A stretch of DNA of 64,000 nucleotides, taken from Asterias rubens. Taxonomy: Eukaryota. Both the position numbers and the translations under genes were made by a program. The notes beneath the pieces were generated by a model, which had not been told where the DNA came from, did no database searches, and was given only the letters and a program-made list of their open reading frames with translations. The stretch is from contig NC_047075.1 of NCBI RefSeq assembly GCF_902459465.1, positions 13,764,001 through 13,828,000 on the forward strand. Reading direction: 5' to 3'. Positions 60,814 to 64,000 of this stretch are shown piece after piece (the stretch's first letter is position 1; each line of letters opens with the position of its first letter).

Positions 60814-62981
60814 GGTTGTAAACGAAATAAACGAACATAAAGCTTTTGTTTGACTGAAACATGTCTGATTATTTGAGTGTAATCGGGAGTCAATATTGTA
60901 GAGAAGAAACCCTTTCAAAATGTCTAGGATTAGCGCGCCTCTAAACTGGTACCCGCACGCCCCTTGCACCGTAGCATTTTGACGCACACCAGTGTAATTT
61001 CCGTGAAGTTGACCATCAAGAAGTGAAATAAACCTTTTTGTTTTAATTTTAATCTGGCCCTCAGAGTCATGTCCCAGAAATTGTAATAGTATTTTTGAAG
61101 ATGTTGAAGCCTCATTCGAATGTTGAAATTACCAATAAAAACTAAACCACCGGATTTCAATTTTTTTTTGAAGCATTTTTCAACTTGCTAAATCGTACGG
61201 AGAACGAAAAAGACGTCGCACAAAACAAGTCAAATAAACGTCATAATTCTCTTTTTCAGTACAAATACACAGAAAACTTTATTATTTCTTCAAGAAAATA
61301 CAATTCCTCAAACAAATTACGAATAAAAATAACATGCATTGGTTTTTGAAAGGCTTAAACGGGGTTGGTCTGTCACGGAAATTTCGACGTCCAAAAATGA
61401 ACGCCGCCATGTTGTTTACTTTATCAACGAGTAAGCTATGGAGTAATTAAAGACGAACACACACATTTCCTCAACTTCAGTTGCGCGCAACCTATGGTAG
61501 TGAAACAGCCGTGGAGTATGTTCCTATAGTCATTGCATCCCCACTATTTCATTTAACATCAACAACAATACATGAAATCTGTCACTTTGTAAAACTGGAT
61601 AACAATTATTGAAATTGAACATGGAACACAATATTCCTGAAATACAAATGTTTCAAACATTTAATTATTTTCAACACTGACAAATTTGTAAAAGTGATTA
61701 ACAATAGATAGTTCCAATAGACGCCACCTTAAAAGGCAACTTGTCTTTTAGCTTTGAGCTGTGTAGAGATCTCCTGGTTCATCGACTAATCAAGCAATAT
61801 AAACACCTGTGTGCCTCACACAGTTGTGCATTCAAAAATGGTTTATGAAGTCAGATTCGGGATGCTCATGGATGTCCCCCACACCATCGTTGTTATGCGG
61901 CCAGAAGTAGAGTCCTTCTCTGTTTCTCTCCATGAATTTCAAGGAAAAGCGTTCTCCACCACGATTTTCCAGCACCTATCAACAATAAAGAATATAGAGC
62001 AACTGCATTTAGGCAAGGTTCGTGTCAATACTGTGGCATACTATAAAATAACAGAACAATATGAATCACCGATTCAAAAGATGTGTGTTTTCATAATTTC
62101 ACTTTGTACTATATTTACCAGAGCGATGTATATTGTCATCAAACTTTGCGTCTTCCTTCCTTTGGTTGACTCGAACCGAACTGCAACATAATTGCCGACA
62201 TCAGCAGACCTGGATAACATGTAACAGTAAAATGTGATACAAGTGCTAAGCGGTTATTAACGTACTTTAAGGGAAGTGTTTAAGCTTCTTTGTACATATG
62301 AAGGTGACAAAGCAACACATTTTCAATTATCAGTGCTGAAACTTCACAGAGGTATTTTATAAAATTTCCTCCGAGATCCATATTCTTTGCCTTGATGCCC
62401 ATTGAAACATTCCCATGTTGCATAATTTGATTTTGCCAAGGAATTGTTTACCCCTCCAAGAGCGAAGTTTCAGCCCGGTACTTGTATGTATTTAATATGT
62501 ATTTGGGTTATGTCCATGAAGTTGGGATAAATGGGGTAAAATGCAATCTAACATATTTTAGTTAAAATTTTTAACTAAATTAACCAACAAATACCACAAA
62601 TTGTTTTCTTAGATGAAAGCCAGTAAGTGGAAGATTAAGACAGTGAACAAATTTTTAAAAATAATAATCAATAATTTGATCAAATTTGTCAAAAACTGTT
62701 GGTGTCCAGTACCAATTTTTAATGAAACACTGTGACATCAAAACAGTATAATTTAAAACCTTGTATTTTACATGGAGTGAAATGAGAAAAATGAATTAAA
62801 CCATACAAACATATTAACTGTAGATCGCTCTTATTTGCTGATGTTTCGATGTGTCTGTGTGCATTGCTGATTTCCAGCACGGAGCGGCCAATTTCCGGAG
62901 AGCCGATGCTACGCGCGGTGTCCATGAAAAAATGCGCGTAGGATCGGGTCCTTCCACTTCCGTGCAAATTTTTGTGAACGT

Positions 62982-63542
62982 TTACTTAAACGAGTTTTGG
63001 TCTACGGTTACGAGAATATACTGCAAAGAATTTGTGCTAAATAAACATTCAAAATGTACCCAAGTGTTCATGTCTAGAACGAAAGTATATCGCTGCATCG
63101 ATCTCGTGTCCAAGCACTGAAATGTAGCATCGGTATAAACACGCAGCGCCAGCGGGCAAACACCACACCCCTTAAAAATGGAACCGTCCAAAATGCCTTG
63201 GGGACGGCCCAGCGTCGGTCCGGCTGCGTAGGATAGCATCGCCACTGTTTCACATCGATGATTTGTGTTGAAAATCATCAAAAGTGAGTATGATTTTTGC
63301 TTTACATAGTATGTTTGTTTGTTTTGTGTACGGGAACATAGATATTTGCCAACAAAATTGTTCTTTTGAAGTACTGTGTTTGGTTTTGTTTCGTGTAGTC
63401 GAAAATTGACACGGTGTACGCAGTAGCAACGTGCTGCTCTGAAACGAGTCAACTCGACCTGTATGTATTCTAACGCACTAACCAATTCGTCATGCAAATT
63501 GGTCAACTTGTACGCAAACTGTTTTTCTCGTTCACATACCAA
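62982..63542 (-). CDS. Hypothetical 186-aa ORF, possibly Polinton-associated
   Basis: Longest ORF in the last 3 kb, with protein-like composition. No motif recognised. Confidence 0.3.
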   Translation of the reverse strand: MVCEREKQFAYKLTNLHDELVSALEYIQVELTRFRAARCYCVHRVNFRLHETKPNTVLQKNNFVGKYLCSRTQNKQTYYVKQKSYSLLMIFNTNHRCETVAMLSYAAGPTLGRPQGILDGSIFKGCGVCPLALRVYTDATFQCLDTRSMQRYTFVLDMNTWVHFECLFSTNSLQYILVTVDQNSFK

Positions 63543-63563
63543 CTCGCACGGTTATTTTTATCG

Positions 63564-63852
63564 TAGGCCAAACGAAAAAGTGGTTTGGTTTCCTATTACC
63601 CTACTCTATCTAAAAAATCACGCTTTTATTCAACAAAAGAACAAAAATTAAAACTTATGGTGCCCACCCTACCCTTTTATTTCTGTTGACATCCTTCTGT
63701 AATTTTTTATTTATTTTTGTTGAATTTTTAAAAGTTTCTTCTTAAATGAATTTGTAATTAAAACCATCTTCTTTCTTGTGTTAAGTTCAGACATTCTTAA
63801 ACTTCAATGTAACCTTAATAAGAAACAGCTATTTATTATTTTTTTTTGGCCT
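63564..63852. mobile_element. Probable MITE with AGGCCAAA termini
   Basis: AGGCCAAACGAAAAAG..GTTTCCTATT versus reverse complement AGGCCAAAAAAAAA..GTTTCTTATT. No clear TSD. Confidence 0.45.
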
Positions 63853-64000
63853 TGGAATTTGGATACTTTTAACTACATGTCGCTCCAAAGGCCTTAATTT
63901 TACTGCAGGAAGTAACATTCCATTAACTGTTGCTGTGGTTAGGTTATTTTTTGATCCAACATCAATTTAACTAGCATACAAAAATACACACAAAAACAAA

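Overview
AT-rich eukaryotic (invertebrate) DNA with GT-AG introns, made almost entirely of nested transposable elements. The MITE and SINE families resemble ones I recall from asteriid sea stars; this is inference and was not checked. From left to right: (1) an internally deleted Chapaev/N-RAG-TP-type transposase with a RAG1-like N-terminal zinc-binding domain; (2) RTE-LINE and Gypsy fragments and a Harbinger-type MITE; (3) a decayed Ty3/Gypsy element (10668-21213) carrying an extra, probably spliced C2H2 zinc-finger ORF in the env position and a very recent 1420-bp tandem duplication; (4) a minimal hammerhead ribozyme motif, a tRNA-derived SINE, Sola2-like and Academ remnants, Kolobok/hAT-type MITEs and an RLE-LINE 3' fragment; (5) a multi-exon minus-strand gene with a BEN-like exon, head-to-head with a CMC/EnSpm-type transposase; (6) a second Gypsy element (about 48975-57300) carrying an intact SGNH/GDSL hydrolase ORF after a broken pol; (7) a Polinton/Maverick-like region with a zinc-finger/pPolB N-terminal gene, a small spliced gene and a second, frameshifted RAG1-CND-like domain. 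I found no true tRNA, rRNA or CRISPR array. The best leads are the two accessory env-position genes, the two RAG1-N-terminal-like domains in different mobile contexts, and the BEN gene/CMC transposase pair. Family assignments come from motif recognition only; no database searches were run.
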